Shown: positions 35,211 to 48,457, numbered from the whole stretch's first letter. The stretch is 63,450 bases of DNA, filler included, from Olpidium bornovanus S191 (GCA_017911155.1; 22 parts of 22 records of this genome joined end to end with filler, not necessarily neighbours in it); one strand, 5' to 3'. Numbers and translations are program-made. The notes: generated from the letters alone by a model not told the origin.

Positions 35211-37567
35211 TTTTCGGTAAAATCGTGCGGCGCTGAAAGGAGCGCCGAACGTTTGAAAACCCGTTTTTTCAGAGGTCCTTCCTGTTTGCTTTATATTCTT
35301 GGCGGCGGCGCNNNNNNNNNNNNNNNNNNNNNNNNNNNNNNNNNNNNNNNNNNNNTTAATTAATTAANNNNNNNNNNNNNNNNNNNNNNNNNNNNNNNNN
35401 NNNNNNNNNNNCATGGGTTCTTTAGGCGAGTCGCAAACGGGCTGTTTCTGGTCCGGCAAAACATTTGTGAGAATCTCTCTGTCCTCTCTGGATCGGACCA
35501 AAACGGGCATCGTGGGGAGTGTTTGACTCTCGTTTTGTGCGTCCTACGAGGTGCACGAGGCTTTGGACTTGGCCCCCCAGGAGCACCCCCTCAAGGGGCC
35601 GCAAGCAAAAGTCGCTCGCAGGAAGTCTTTGGAAACATTAGAGCGCGTAGTTTGGAGGCCCATCTTGGCACGCAAAGATTTCTAGGCAGCGCTCCGCGCG
35701 CGTCCGCCGATCGGTCTCTCTTTCGCCCGTGTCGAGCTGAAAAAGAAACACCCCGGGGATTTTGTGCCATGCCCCAAATTCACAGAACCCCACAAAAAAA
35801 AAATCCCCGCAGGTGACGAGGCGGACGAGGAGGAGAAAGGGGAGGAAAGAGAGAGAAAAAGGGGGCCGCCGGTCGCCATCGTTCGTAGTCCCCCCCTCCC
35901 TGGTCCACCCCAATTTCCCCCCCTTTTGCCTCGCGTCCCGGGCAAAAAGAAAAGCCTGTGATTATATTTAAGTCCGGAACAAAATTAAAAGCTTGTGATT
36001 ATATTTATATCCGGAACAGATTCTTCTGCGCTGCATTTTTTGGGGGTTTTAATAGTTAATAGTAATATAATGCGGAAAGGAAAAAAGGGCACGGGAACAA
36101 AGGAAAGACGGTATGGAAAAAAAAAAATCCAAGGAACGGGGCTTTCCCGGCTTTGGGGGGGGGGGGGGGAAGGGGCGAGGGGAGAGTACAATGGTGGGGA
36201 AAAGGAAAAAGTAAGTGAGCCAATCTACCCTAGACATCCGGAACAAGCGCGGCGGAGGGCAGGGAGAACAGAAGAGAAAAATTTTAGCGGCTACGTGTAA
36301 AAAGCATTTTTGACGGCTTCCTCTTGCGGAGTGGAAAGGAGGGGACTGGTGGGAGAAGAGGAGAGTGTGGGTGGCAATTACAAGCGGTACTACTTAAACA
36401 ATCGTTTCCTGAAGGGTGCGAAAATGAAAAGTCGGGACAAAGCAGAACCGAGGGGAGGTGGTGGATGGACCAGAGCACGACAGGGACGTCGACCAGCAGC
36501 AAAAACGAAAGGCGCCGCAGAAGCGCGGGAAACAGAAAGAGGGAGGCAGAGAGAGCGAAGGCTTCAGAGACAACCGGCGAAAGACCGGCCGCACAGACAC
36601 GCCGCAAAAAGATGGGGCGGGGAAAGCGGATGTTGGAGGGAAGGGTGGGCTGGGGAAGGGGGGGGGGGAAATGAGAGAGAAAGAAAGAGAATGAGAGAGA
36701 GAGAGGGGGGAGATACCCAACCAGGAGCGCAATAACCCGCCTCTTTTGCGTTCCGGGCCAGGCGAATTTCCGCGTCGTTGCCCTCTTCTCGTAATCCTTG
36801 AAGGCGGAATCTTTCCCTCAAATCGCATTGTCACATTCTCTTGTTCCCTCATGGNNNNNNNNNNNNNNNNNNNNNNNNNNNNNNNNNNNNNNNNNNNNTT
36901 AATTAATTAANNNNNNNNNNNNNNNNNNNNNNNNNNNNNNNNNNNNNNNNNNNNCCCATGGACATTCCGTATAAGAGGGAAGACTGTAGAAGGTCCCGGG
37001 GTATGGTTCAGTCGAGCAAAATTTAGATTGAGAAATACATAACCAGGACGCCACTGAATTTCGCGACATAGCAGACCCTGAACGCGGGGAATTGTAAGGT
37101 CAATAGAGTACATATCGCCAACTGCCACCGGGCAGGCCTAAGCCGGGTGCACTGGTAGTTTCCCAAGGGGAGTAAATGCTGGACGTTGTCGAGCCGATTC
37201 ACGTCGTGTCCACGACCCTACGAAATTGGCCACAAAACCAGATTTGGTTCATCTGAAACAGGTCACGAAATACAATATTTCGTCGACCTTCTGAAATTGC
37301 CGCCCTTGGCGTCACGTGCTACTTCCAGGTTGAGGTTGAGGGCACAAGCGGAGCAGGAATTCATTTCGCTTGGGAAGATCCACTGTGGTAGATATGACTT
37401 CGGCATCGGGGGTGCGTGTGTCTGCTGAGACTGCAAATATTGGAGAACAGAACACGGCCGACGGAAAATAGCTCATGCAAGACGCAAAGCCGCTGCCTTT
37501 GTTCACCTCCTTCGTCAAATCCCCAGCAAGACCATCCATTCGGACGGATTGCAAGACCGTTGATAAA

Positions 37568-39806
37568 TCAGTCTTCGTTCTCGTCCTCCTCGTCCTCATC
37601 GTCTTCCTGCTCTTTCAGCCAGTTGACAAACGCCTCTGTCTGCTTCATGAAGACGGCCTTGCCGTTGCTCTTGGAACCCTTCTCGTACCAATAAATGATG
37701 GCGGAGTCGGAGAGCACGTCGTGCTTGTACAGATTTTTCACGATTGTGAGGAATGACTTCATGAGCTTGGCGTCTTCGTAACAAGTTAGCTGGATCTTTT
37801 GGAGCAAAGCGAGCTCCGACTTTGGGTTAGTGGAGAAGGCGTTGAGCATGTCGGCGTACGTCTACGGAAACACGTAAGCGTCGAACAGCGTGTAAGATGT
37901 TAGCTTCCTCCACCTGCAGCAATCGTCCTGCATCTCGCGCAGAAAAATGCCTACGTTAGTGGCCTTAGATGCTTGGCTTTCCAGCATCTCCTGTCGTGTG
38001 CTCCAATCCACGGAAGCCATTAAGCCATCCCAAACAAGGCAAACGAACTCCGCCTCTGAAAGTCCAGTATCATGCATCTGTCCCTTAAGGTAAGTGATGG
38101 TCTGCAGAAGCAGCCAACTTCTTAGGACACACGAACGCATATAGGCAGCAAAACCTGCCCTAGTTCCACTGCTTGCACATCAAACAAACCTCGGGTATGG
38201 GTTTCGGATTGGCCTCGTCAGTAAGGATGGCCTTCAACCCGTCCACAATGGTATCCTTAATTTGGGATTTCGCCTTCTTGTTCTGGTAATCGACAAGTGA
38301 CTTCATGTCCTCCGTTTCAAAGTGGCGGGCAAAGCACTCGGAATCGCGCTTGTTAACGGGAAAAAACTCCAACAGCCTGGTATCCATGCCGGCCTTCTTT
38401 AGCGCGGCACTCAGCTGGTCAATCTTAGCCTCATCGAGGTAGGATCGAAAAACGGCAGTGACAAACTGCAGGGAAAGGCCTGGATCGCCGTGTCAAAAGT
38501 GAAATCAGGACTGATAGCCTGGAATTGATGACTACATTCGGCAGAATGTCCAATCCGAACCTTCTTTGACCAAGTGTTCTTTGAAAAGAACTGTGAGAAC
38601 ACTAATGGACACGAGGCCAGTGCTCATGAATACGCCCAAGGCTGTTGCCAGCTTGCTCCTCTTGTCCGCGTCCCACTTGTTAATGTACTGCAGGACATTC
38701 TTGATCGTGTCCTCCAGGCCGCGCTGGAGATACTTGTAGCGGCGGATGAGTTTGTGGAACACCTCGACATGAGCGCGGATGGACTCAGGCGTGTCTCCAG
38801 CGGAAAAGATAGAGAATGGAGAAGGTTCCGCCTCATCGTCGAGAAAGGTGCCGCCGGGTGCTATATTCATCGAACACGTCCAATTGCCAAGCGCGAGCAA
38901 AAAGCATGGTGCAAATGCATCAGCACCTGTTGGCGGGCGCGGCGGATTCGCTGGAGCAACTTAGACTCACCGAGGGCGTAACCGGTCAAAAGGATTTCGA
39001 AAAACGTGTCCACGTAGCGACGGTAATCGAGTTTGTTTCCAGCCGTATCCAACTTGGCCGCGATTTCGTCGAAGTCTCCCGGTTTGGCTTCTTGCAAAAC
39101 CTTGACCAACTCGTCACGGAACGCTGAAAGAACACGGAAGGCGGATGTTACGTCAGATTGACCGAACGGGCTGTTCGATGACGGCTTGCAGGAGTCTGCC
39201 GGTAGAAAATTGAAGCTACTAACCCTCGGGTTCAAACTTAGCCCGCGCCTTTTGAACACTCTGTAGCAGGAAAAAACCCGTGTGCGGTGGCGACCAACCA
39301 AATTTTTTAGAAAACAAAAACACTCGAAGGCCGCATGCCTGCAGTGCGCAGAGGAAGCGCGGCGCCAGACAGACACGTTTTGCAACGACGGTTCCGCTAG
39401 TTTAGATTTACTTGCCTTACGCGTTCTAATTCTGTTTGGTCCAACAAACAAAAATGCGCACCGCGACGACGGCGGGATATGAAGTCAGCTTTCCGCGGGG
39501 CAAGTTTAACGGCGGAAGCGGAAGGGGGCGCGCAAAGCCATGGTCGGCGGGAAGAGGAGGGGCCACAGCATGGCCCCGCTCTCTTTCCCCCTCCTCCCCG
39601 CCCTCGTAAAAGCGTGCGTCCCCTTCGCCGCGCGCAGCACAAGGTTCCCCGGAGGAGCGGTGGCGTCGAGAAAGAGCTGCTCACCGAACACCGTGCAGGA
39701 CGGGCTTCTGCGCATTGGCGGAAGTGGGCGCAGACACCGGCACGGAGAGGCTGCTACTGGACTGGGCTGTGGAGGCCGTGGTGGCAGCTGACGACGAGAC
39801 GCTCAT
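37568..39806 (-). CDS. BZW1: BZW / eIF5-mimic protein (5MP) with W2 domain, complete, 8 exons
   Basis: MSVSS...KPVLHGVR|IRTRK|SVQKARAKFEPE|AFRDELVK...LDYRRYVDTFFEILLTG..L|APGG...KLIRRYKYL...ELALLQKIQLTCYEDAKLMKSF...LYKHDVLSDSAIIYWY...FVNWLKEQEDDEDEEDENED*. Confidence 0.95.
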
Positions 39807-39950
39807 CCAAGGGGACGCACGCTGGCACCAGACGGATTGGGGAGAGGGGCGGAGGCGGGACGGGACGGAGCGGTGTGTTGCTTGCTGAGAGGGGGGAAGG
39901 GAGCGCGCGGCGCGGGTTGGCCGAGACCGGGGTGGGGTCGGGGTCGGGGT

Positions 39951-39993
<43 letters not shown>

Positions 39994-40697
39994 GGGGGCG
40001 GGGGGGGGGGGGGGGNNNNNNNNNNNNNNNNNNNNNNNNNNNNNNNNNNNNNNNNNNNNTTAATTAATTAANNNNNNNNNNNNNNNNNNNNNNNNNNNNN
40101 NNNNNNNNNNNNNNNCATGAATTGCATTTTGTATTGACACCGACAGAGACGTCCGGCGACGGGGGAGGCTGGGGACTGAAAGTCTCCGCACGCGCGGGCG
40201 CAGGTTCGCGGAAAAGCGGAAAGGATGCGTGCAAACCCGTGAGCGGGGCCATCTCCTTTCCGCGGAATTTTCGACATCGTCCTTGTTGTCAATTTTGTTG
40301 TCGTCGTTGTCCGCTGTTGTCGTCGACGTTGTCCGCTGTCGTCGTCGGCGTTGTCGCCCGCGTTGCCGTCGTCCGACGGCGCCGTCATCGTCGCGTTCGC
40401 CGCCGGCAACCTCCTCAAACCCTTTTTGCGTGCACGCGCTCGGCGTCGCAGCCGTCTCATAACCTGCTTCGCCGTCATCACTGCCGCGGCCGCCTCCCCG
40501 GCTGGGGCACCAGCTCTGCGGAAAACGGCCTGGTTGTACCTGATGGCTTTCTCAGTCAGCTGTACGAACAGCACGCGCCCCATTCAGGACCGAGCGGCCG
40601 TTAGGGCCTTTTCCAGACCGCGCCTTGCCTTGAAGATCAGCCATCACTGCCATATCCCGCACAAAACCGGGTATCTGCGAATTAGGTGATGAATCTG

Positions 40698-40945
40698 CGC
40701 ATGCCTGGTCCGGCTCTGGCTTCGGCTACGGCTTCGGCTCCGACTCCGACTTCTGGAATCCGAATCTAGGAGTTTTGGGGATCTACTAACGCTGTGACTC
40801 TGCGGATCTCCGCGAATCTGCGAAACCCGCACGTCCGCGAATTCCGCAAACTTGCGGCACTCCGGGTTTGGCTAACTGCTACAGCTCCGGCCCCGGCTCC
40901 GGTTCCGGCTTCGGCAGCGGTTCCAGCTCGGGCCTCCGGCCCTGA
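40698..40945. repeat. Two clusters of CGGCTC/CGACTC-type hexamers, possibly a DNA-transposon (hAT-like) subterminal relic
   Basis: GGCTCTGGCTTCGGCTACGGCTTCGGCTCCGACTCCGAC and GCTCCGGCCCCGGCTCCGGTTCCGGCTTCGG ending CCGGCCCTG. The hexamers are seen; the transposon link is inference. Confidence 0.35.
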
Positions 40946-43900
40946 ATCCTTGTTCCGGCAATTGTTGCGCAACGACGGCATGCGGGGAACAAACATACGG
41001 TCACGAGCTACTTTGCGGCGACGTCGATAACGTACGCCGACGTGCGAGGCGCGCGACGCGCGCGCGATGGACGCCGCGGACGCGAAGTTCGCCCCGTCGC
41101 GAGGCACGGCGCATGTGCAGTTACGCAACTTGCATAGCTTCTGCGACTTATGAATTGGTGCACGCAATGCACAAGGATTTACAACGATATGCGGCCCGTG
41201 ATGCACGCAATGTACGAGAGGTCGCCATGGTGTGTTTTTGCCTGGGACACTTGAATCTCAGCAAGGAGAAACTCGATCTGGGCCGTCGCTGTGTCGTTCT
41301 GTACCTTGAGAAAACTTTCAAATAAGCCCCAAAGCAACTTGGGCCTGGTGTTGCCTTGACGAGAAATGGCGGTTCAAATTCAGCATCCGTTGTTGCCATA
41401 AAACAACTTGCCAAACATTTGCAAGGCGTAACGCATGCAACGCACGCGTACCGTATGCAACAGACATGTACCGTACCCAACGCATGCGCACGGCACGCAC
41501 GGTCTTCGGAAGCAGCAGCGTAACTCAAGTCGTTGGATGGATTTGAGTGCCGTGACGGCATCTTCCAGGATGGGCCACGAAACGCTCGAGCGCGCCTTCC
41601 ACGGTACAACCATCCGAACTCACAGTCGTTGGCCCGCCTGCGCCGTGCGCAGGCGCGCCTTTTGATTGTCGAACTTGTTGGCTTTCCGACTCCCGTGCCT
41701 GTCTCCCAGCGGGCGTGCTCGAAATTGCTCCCAATCGTGGCGGATCCCGTTCTTTCCACAACGCAACGTATTAAACGTGACGATGTATGCATCGCCGACC
41801 TGGCGTAAGGTGACCACTGGCTACTGGACTGCCGCCCTGCCGTCGTCTGTGGTCTAACCGTCGTTCGTCGTCCTGCCATTGTCGGCTGTCCTGCCGTCCT
41901 GCCGTCATCCGTCGTCCTGCCCCCGACGCCGTGCCACCGTCAGCCGTCCTGGCGTCGTCTGCTGCCCTGCCGACCTGCCGTATGCAATGCAACGTACACA
42001 TAACATTCGCAACGCCCCGCGCATCATGGCCGTCACGTAGAGTTGACCGCATACTTTGCCTGTCATACTCTGCTAACCCTGTCCATTCCCGTCACGTACC
42101 GCCAACGGCGCACTGCAGCCAAAAAGGCGGTAACTAACAAAGCTTGGCACTTTTTGCGGCCTGTGGGTGCGCGACGATGGCAGAAGTGTGAACGATCGCG
42201 CACGACAGCTGACGAGGGCACACGACGGCGGCAGCGGCATGGTGCCGGCACAATGGCAGCAGTGGTACGATCATGGCACGATGGCAGAAAAAAAAAAACG
42301 GCAACCCTTCAAATTCCCTTCGAGTCCCATCCGAGATCCTACTCGAGATCCCCGTCCGCCATTGTTTTCTTTCCGTTTTCTAGTCGTTAACCGGACCACA
42401 CAGGACAAAAGTGGGAAGTATTCCGGGTTAGGGTGAGTCCCCTCTGGCCCGCCAATCCACTTTCTTCCTTTTGCCCCGCGTCCTTCCTTTCCGCTCCCCC
42501 TTCCTTATTTCAATTCTTTCCTTCCTGGCGCCGGGTCCTGCGTGTGCGGTTCGAAGCTGCGGGTCGGCGTTGCGGTTTGATGCTGCGCCCCGTCGATCCC
42601 TCCCTTCCGCGCCCGCTGGGTGTGTTGTCCTGGTTTATTTCCCTTCGGCCGCACCCTACCGTAAAAACCCCCGCCGCCCCTCCTGAACACAAAAATAAAA
42701 GGACGACACGGTGCACACGTCATAAGAAAAAGGTCATGTGACTTGCCGAGAAAACGGCGACCGCATAACCCTGTGACGTGCGTTCGGGTCATTCTGGAGG
42801 TCGTGACGCCTCCTTTACAGGGAGGCCAGAACTCAGCTTGGTCCCTGCTCCCTATGTGAAGAGCAGCGAAGGGGTTCAAAGACAGCTTCGTGTTCGAAGA
42901 ATGAAAAAAAAAATAAACAAAAGAATAAAAACTAGCCCACCTTGGTTCAATGGCTGGCTGGAGACTTGGTGTTGTCTCTAGTGACTTTCTTGGTCACCTG
43001 CTGCTGTCTATGCGGGTTCTGGCATTGCCCATGCAAAACAATTATGCATGGAATAGTTAGTCTACTCGTATCCTTTGAAAATTCCTTCTGTTGCGACCTA
43101 TCTGTGAGCGGCACTGGAAATTGTTAACCACACCGGCCCTCCCACCCCCCTCAAGACCCGGCCCCAAAGCCACCGGGGTCGCCCGCTTCCGGGATTATTG
43201 GAGCAACGGACCTTTACATAGGAGATGACAACAAGCCTGAATTGTCTACGACGGAGTTCAGCGAGTTTGGCATTTTTTTGTGAAAGTCCACGCTAATCAA
43301 AAACCCCTTCAAAATGCCGGTCATCATCTTCCGTAAAATCCCAGCCATAATTGCCATCGTAATCCCTGTTAGATTCGGAAGGCAGATAGATTAAAAAAAG
43401 GCAATTAGGAGGGCAGGCAGATATGGAAAGGAGAGTCTAAGGCGAATTCAGAATGCCAAATAGGCACCCCAAATTAAATGGCAGAAAGGTTCAGAAATCC
43501 CGGAAATTCGGGCCAAGATGGTGTAGCCCTGGCGCCACTCTCAGGAAGCCTTCGAGTTAGCAGCGAATTAAAATCAAGCTGACGACAAGAATTATGCGGG
43601 AACACGTCGATACAACCAAAGAGGCGGCTAATAACGAACGCCCGTGGCGCTTTTTTTTAATTTCAAACCCGCTGGCCACCTCCAGCTACGACGCGCCCCC
43701 CTCGTGTGGACTGCCGGCGTCGCAACTGGTCCGAGACGGAAAACGGGGGGGAAGGGGGGGGAAGGGTGAGTGTTTTTCAATTTTCTAAATTAGTAATAAT
43801 TAAGGATTATATCAATGGTATCGTAATGGTAAAATACCTAGAAAATAGCTTACAGCATTCGGCCGAAACATTACTAATATTACTAGACCATTTCACCAGA

Positions 43901-44281
43901 GTTCAGGTATCGGATGCTATTATACCATTATAAGATACCATTCCTGTGTGTGATGTTGCAGAGTACAGGTATGATGCCTTTAGTAGTGTGCACTATAATA
44001 TGCCAATAGTACGTCTCTAATTGGATTCGATTTCCATTCGTCGCGGCCGAACCGCCTCCGTTCGCCGTCAAGTCAAACACACAGGGAGCTGACTGCCGCG
44101 CCTCTGGCGCGGGTAAGACATGNNNNNNNNNNNNNNNNNNNNNNNNNNNNNNNNNNNNNNNNNNNNTTAATTAATTAANNNNNNNNNNNNNNNNNNNNNN
44201 NNNNNNNNNNNNNNNNNNNNNNAAAAAAAAAACAAAAAAAAACAAAAAAAAACAAAAAAAAACAAAAAAAGGTAAAAATAC

Positions 44282-46299
44282 CCGGGCGTTCTTTGCTAGG
44301 CGCGGGTACTCCTTGATAGCCAGCAACAGGCAGTTCAGCATTCGTTTTCGAGGCATAGACAAATTTCTCCCTGAACGAACACACCGGTTAGCACAGGCCG
44401 GCCCAAGGACTCACGGAAAGCAGTAGGCTTCATAGTTACCATTGTCGCAATGGAACCCAATGATATCGACCGCGAGGATAACCTGCTCGGAAGCTTTGTC
44501 GGTGCCCTCTGTCGTCCTTACCGCTGAGGTATACCCGACGCCGTTCTCCAGCACGACCTGCTCCAACAACGGAAACATGTACCCGAACGACGGCGGGGGC
44601 ATGGGGTGGTATTCCGAAAGGAAGCGGATCTTGTAGAGGACCCGAGTCACGAAGTCTGTATTGGCGCCGGAAGTCAATCGACGGCCAGCATCGCGACGCC
44701 CTTACTTATACGCCCGCGACGTACGCTCAAGATCCTCGACACACCACCGCGGCGGGACTTGTTCTGCATTGGCAGCGCGCAGCGTGGCGATAGCTAGGTG
44801 CTTGCCGTTCTCTTCAAGCCGCTCCGTGCACTTGGCGAGATCCTGCCAGAATAACGCGAAGTGAATCACATTATCCGGCTGGAATCGAACCGTTCAACCG
44901 ACCGACGGACCGACCGACGGCTTACCAGGAAGCATTCCACGGCGAGAGATCCGACAAGCGCGCTCCCGTTTCTGATGACCCCCAGTAGCATGATCTCGGC
45001 GAGTCGCGTGACGAAGCCGCCGTCGGCAACCGCCGCGGGGTTGCCGGCGATGATTGCTCGCAAGACGCTCAGCCCGCGAGTGAGGTTGATCTTCGCCGCT
45101 TCGACCCTCGCGCGGATCTGCCTCTCCCTCGCCAACTGGGCACTCACGGCGGCCTGCTCCTCCTTCGTTAGCTTCTTGGCGACGGAGGGGCTGCCCTTCA
45201 GCTTTCCTTTGGCGGCAAGCTCCTTGCGGAGCTCCTCGTCCCATTTCTCCGTCTCGTAATTCCTGCGGTTGCGATCTTCTACGTGCCGCTCGTTGCGCTT
45301 AAGGACTTCGCCGACAGAAAGTGTCAAAGTTTGCAAAAGAAGGCTTAGAACTTAGCAGGGTCTGCCCAGCCCTTTTCGTACCATCAACATAAAGCTGTCC
45401 TTCTTCTGTTTTCCAAATGTCGATCTCCGTCGGCCCGATGTCGTTCAGCAATTTGGGATCAAGATCCTCCATCACTGTGTCCACCAGATTCGGAACCATC
45501 ACCCCTGGGCTGACGAAACTCAAAATTGACGAAAGCTTCAGACCTGCGGCGTAGAAGAGGCGAGACTGACCAAAACATAAACCAGGTTCAGCACGCGCAC
45601 TTTGAGCACGTAAGGGATCCAGACCGAAGCGGAAAGTACCGCTTACTGGAGACCGAACCCCGGTATCCTCACTGAGCACCAGCTTCCGGAATAGCTTCGG
45701 TTGAGAACTGGCCAGTTCGCCGGGATCGACGCAAACGCGCTGGCAGAGGGTAATCCACGAAAACCTGTCGTTGGGATGATCTGGATATAAACCGCGTCAA
45801 GCACCGCACGGCAGGACATACTCGCAGCGCAAAATCATCTTACATGCAAATGCATGGCAGGCTGAGCTCGCCCACGTCGCCATAACATCTCTGATCTTTT
45901 GCCGAGATGCCGACGTCGATGCCGCCTCCGGGACAGTAGTGACAGCCGAAAGGAACTTAGAGATGTCGTGGCTCGCACGAGTCTCGTCCCCCCCCGACTT
46001 TTCGGCCTGCGAGTACGACAAAATACTCCAGGTTAGCTCGCGAAATGGACACAGACAAAATGCTGACAGTTGGCCGATGCGTGGAAAAGCGTGCCTCCAA
46101 CATCCATGCGACGAGCCCCTGCTGGCACGTGTTGTTCAGCCACAACCACTTGTCCAGACCGCCGCACGACGCCATCTTCATGAGCATCTCGCAAAGCTCG
46201 TCCTTCATTAATCGCTCTCTGCCCAGTTTTGACGTACGCAAATGGCTTTTAACAGCCCAGATCCAAGCGGAGACTATTGCGTTCGCGGTTTCCTTACCC
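44282..46299 (-). CDS. GCN1: eIF2-alpha kinase activator GCN1, internal exons
   Basis: FVSPGVMVPNLV...DLDPKLLNDIGPTEIDIWKTEEGQLYVD; KKLTKEEQAAVSAQLARERQIR; RVLYKIRFLSEYHPMPPPSFGYMFPLL; EQVILAVDIIGFH; PRKRMLNCLL. Confidence 0.9.
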
Positions 46300-47081
46300 N
46301 NNNNNNNNNNNNNNNNNNNNNNNNNNNNNNNNNNNNNNNNNNNTTAATTAATTAANNNNNNNNNNNNNNNNNNNNNNNNNNNNNNNNNNNNNNNNNNNNC
46401 ATGCTATGTGCGCGAAGGTGTAGTGGACAGTCAAATTAAGGTCAGCCAAGTCAAATTACGCAAGCACGCTGGCGGATGGCTTGAGGAAACAACCCCCGCG
46501 TGTTCGGTGGGGAACGTCAGCCCGGCTGGCGACTCAGTGGAGAGTAAGCGCCCGCCGCTGGGAAACGGCGCTTGGCGGTCTCCATCAACTGCGGCTTTTT
46601 GACCTCCGTGATGATCCGCAGTAGTTCAACCATCGAGACCATCCTCTCGCCCGATGCAACCCGTCATTCTGCGCTTCTTGCGCGCCGTCAATGCCGAGCG
46701 GGAGTGGCCCGATGGAAGACACCTGTCTCCGATAAGCTCGAACGCAAAGTCATCTGTGCTTTGCTGAACTACATACAATGCTGGGGGCGAGGAACAAACA
46801 GCTCAACTTTTCATTTCCGTCCATAGGTGCTGGTCACGTGACAGGTTCTTGGCGCCCCGCGCTGCCGGAAAAACTCCCGGACAACCCGCCCGGCACTCGC
46901 AGGCAAGGAAGCCGGGGATCGCCGCGCCGTCACCAGAGCGGCGTCCCGGGCGCACGGGCAACGCCGCCGTCTCCTTCCCTCGGCTGTGCAGCACTTCGCG
47001 GACGCCGTCGCCAACGCCACGTCAAAACTTTCCGCGCTCCGTCTGGCCTTTCCTGGGCTCTGAGCGGCTGGCTTACCCGGC

Positions 47082-48457
47082 TTGCGCGGCGCTCCGGGAG
47101 ATATGCCGTTCCCCTGCACGTCACGGAAGGACAGATACGAAGGCCGCGCGGCCTCTGCAGCTGTCGACGGGGCTGCCCCGGCGGACGGCCAGGATCTTGG
47201 AACTGGCGCGATGCAGCTCTCGCCTGCGTGCCCGCCACAGGAACAGCTCCCTCCGCCTCAACGCGGCGCTGGATCGGAATCACACCCGGAGGCCGCCGTC
47301 CCCGTCCCGAAGGCCTTCGCCTACGCTAGGCTTCTCAAGCTTCGCAGACTTGCAGCGACAAGAAGGCACGCGGAAGAGGCGGAGGTCGACCACGAGGAGG
47401 ATCCGACCGACAGGCTCAGGGACGGACAGGTCGACGAGCCTCCGGGCTCGGCTGCTGAAGGCCCGTGGGCGGAGGAAGATCGCCTCGGTTCCCGGTGCCC
47501 AGTGACCGAGGTGGAAGGAAGTTGTGGAGGAAACAAAAGCTTGTTCCCCATGCAGCGATCCCACCCGGCACAGATCTCGCGTCCGGTCGCCATACCAGCT
47601 GCCTCACTGTTTTGTAGCCCACCAAAGCCGAGCGGTCTATTGTCGTCCGGCGTGGCACCATCTCGGTCTCTGGCACCCGGGTTTTCCGTTAGTAGGCCCG
47701 CTGTGCTTCCGTCTTCGCAGGGAAACTCGCGCTTGGCGTCACCGACGGGGCGGCCATATCTCCTTTCTTCCCCCCCCCCTCAAGCTCGTTCTCCCCTCGG
47801 CTCCGCTCACCTGTTACCGACGCCGCCTTTCCGTTCGTCGTCAATCTCGTCCGCGGAGGCCAGACTAGCCCAAGGTCCTTCCGCCCCGTTGACCATACCG
47901 TCTCTGTCTGATCCGTCGACGTCAGTCTCCAGGCTTCAGCGACGGCGCAGCAGCGCCGCCTACGGCAGCAGCAGTAGTGTGTCCCCCAGACGCAAGCCGT
48001 TCCTGACACCGCCCGGTTCGTCGTACGGGAGCCTTGTCGGTAGCTTCGAGGAGTCTATCATCAGTGGACGCATGTCCACGGTGCCCTCCAAACCAATCAC
48101 TTTTGTCGCCCAGATTGGCGTCGTCGGGATCGGAAAGTGCAGGCCCTCTTTACGATGCCCTCCCCACATCACGATCGAATTCCCCGCTTATTTCTACGAG
48201 CTTGCCGATGACGAATCGCCGACGCCGTACGTTGGCATCATTGACGTCGACGGATACGGCTACGCCAGGGGATACGATTACCATTACGGCGGCCGCCAGG
48301 CTTCGCCTTCTTCTGCGGGAGAGGCGGCGGAGACTAGGAGGCGGAAGTGGTACGGATACCGCGTGCCGCCGAAAGGGCAGGTACAGGTGGTGGTGAAGAA
48401 CCCTAACAAGACGGCGGTGAAGGTGTTCTTGTGCCCGTACGACTTGACCGACATGCC
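47082..48457 (+). CDS. Atos/FAM214 family protein (DUF4210), 3' truncated, start uncertain
   Basis: GSLVGSFEESIISGRMS...FVAQIGVVG...CPPHITIEFPAYFY...PTPYVG...GYRVPPKGQVQVVVKNPNKTAVKVFLCPYDLTDM. Confidence 0.92.

Noticed and set aside
46520-46635. A-box/B-box-like sequences suggesting a tRNA or SINE
   Set aside because: No cloverleaf and the B-box is imperfect; no tRNA found anywhere in the window.
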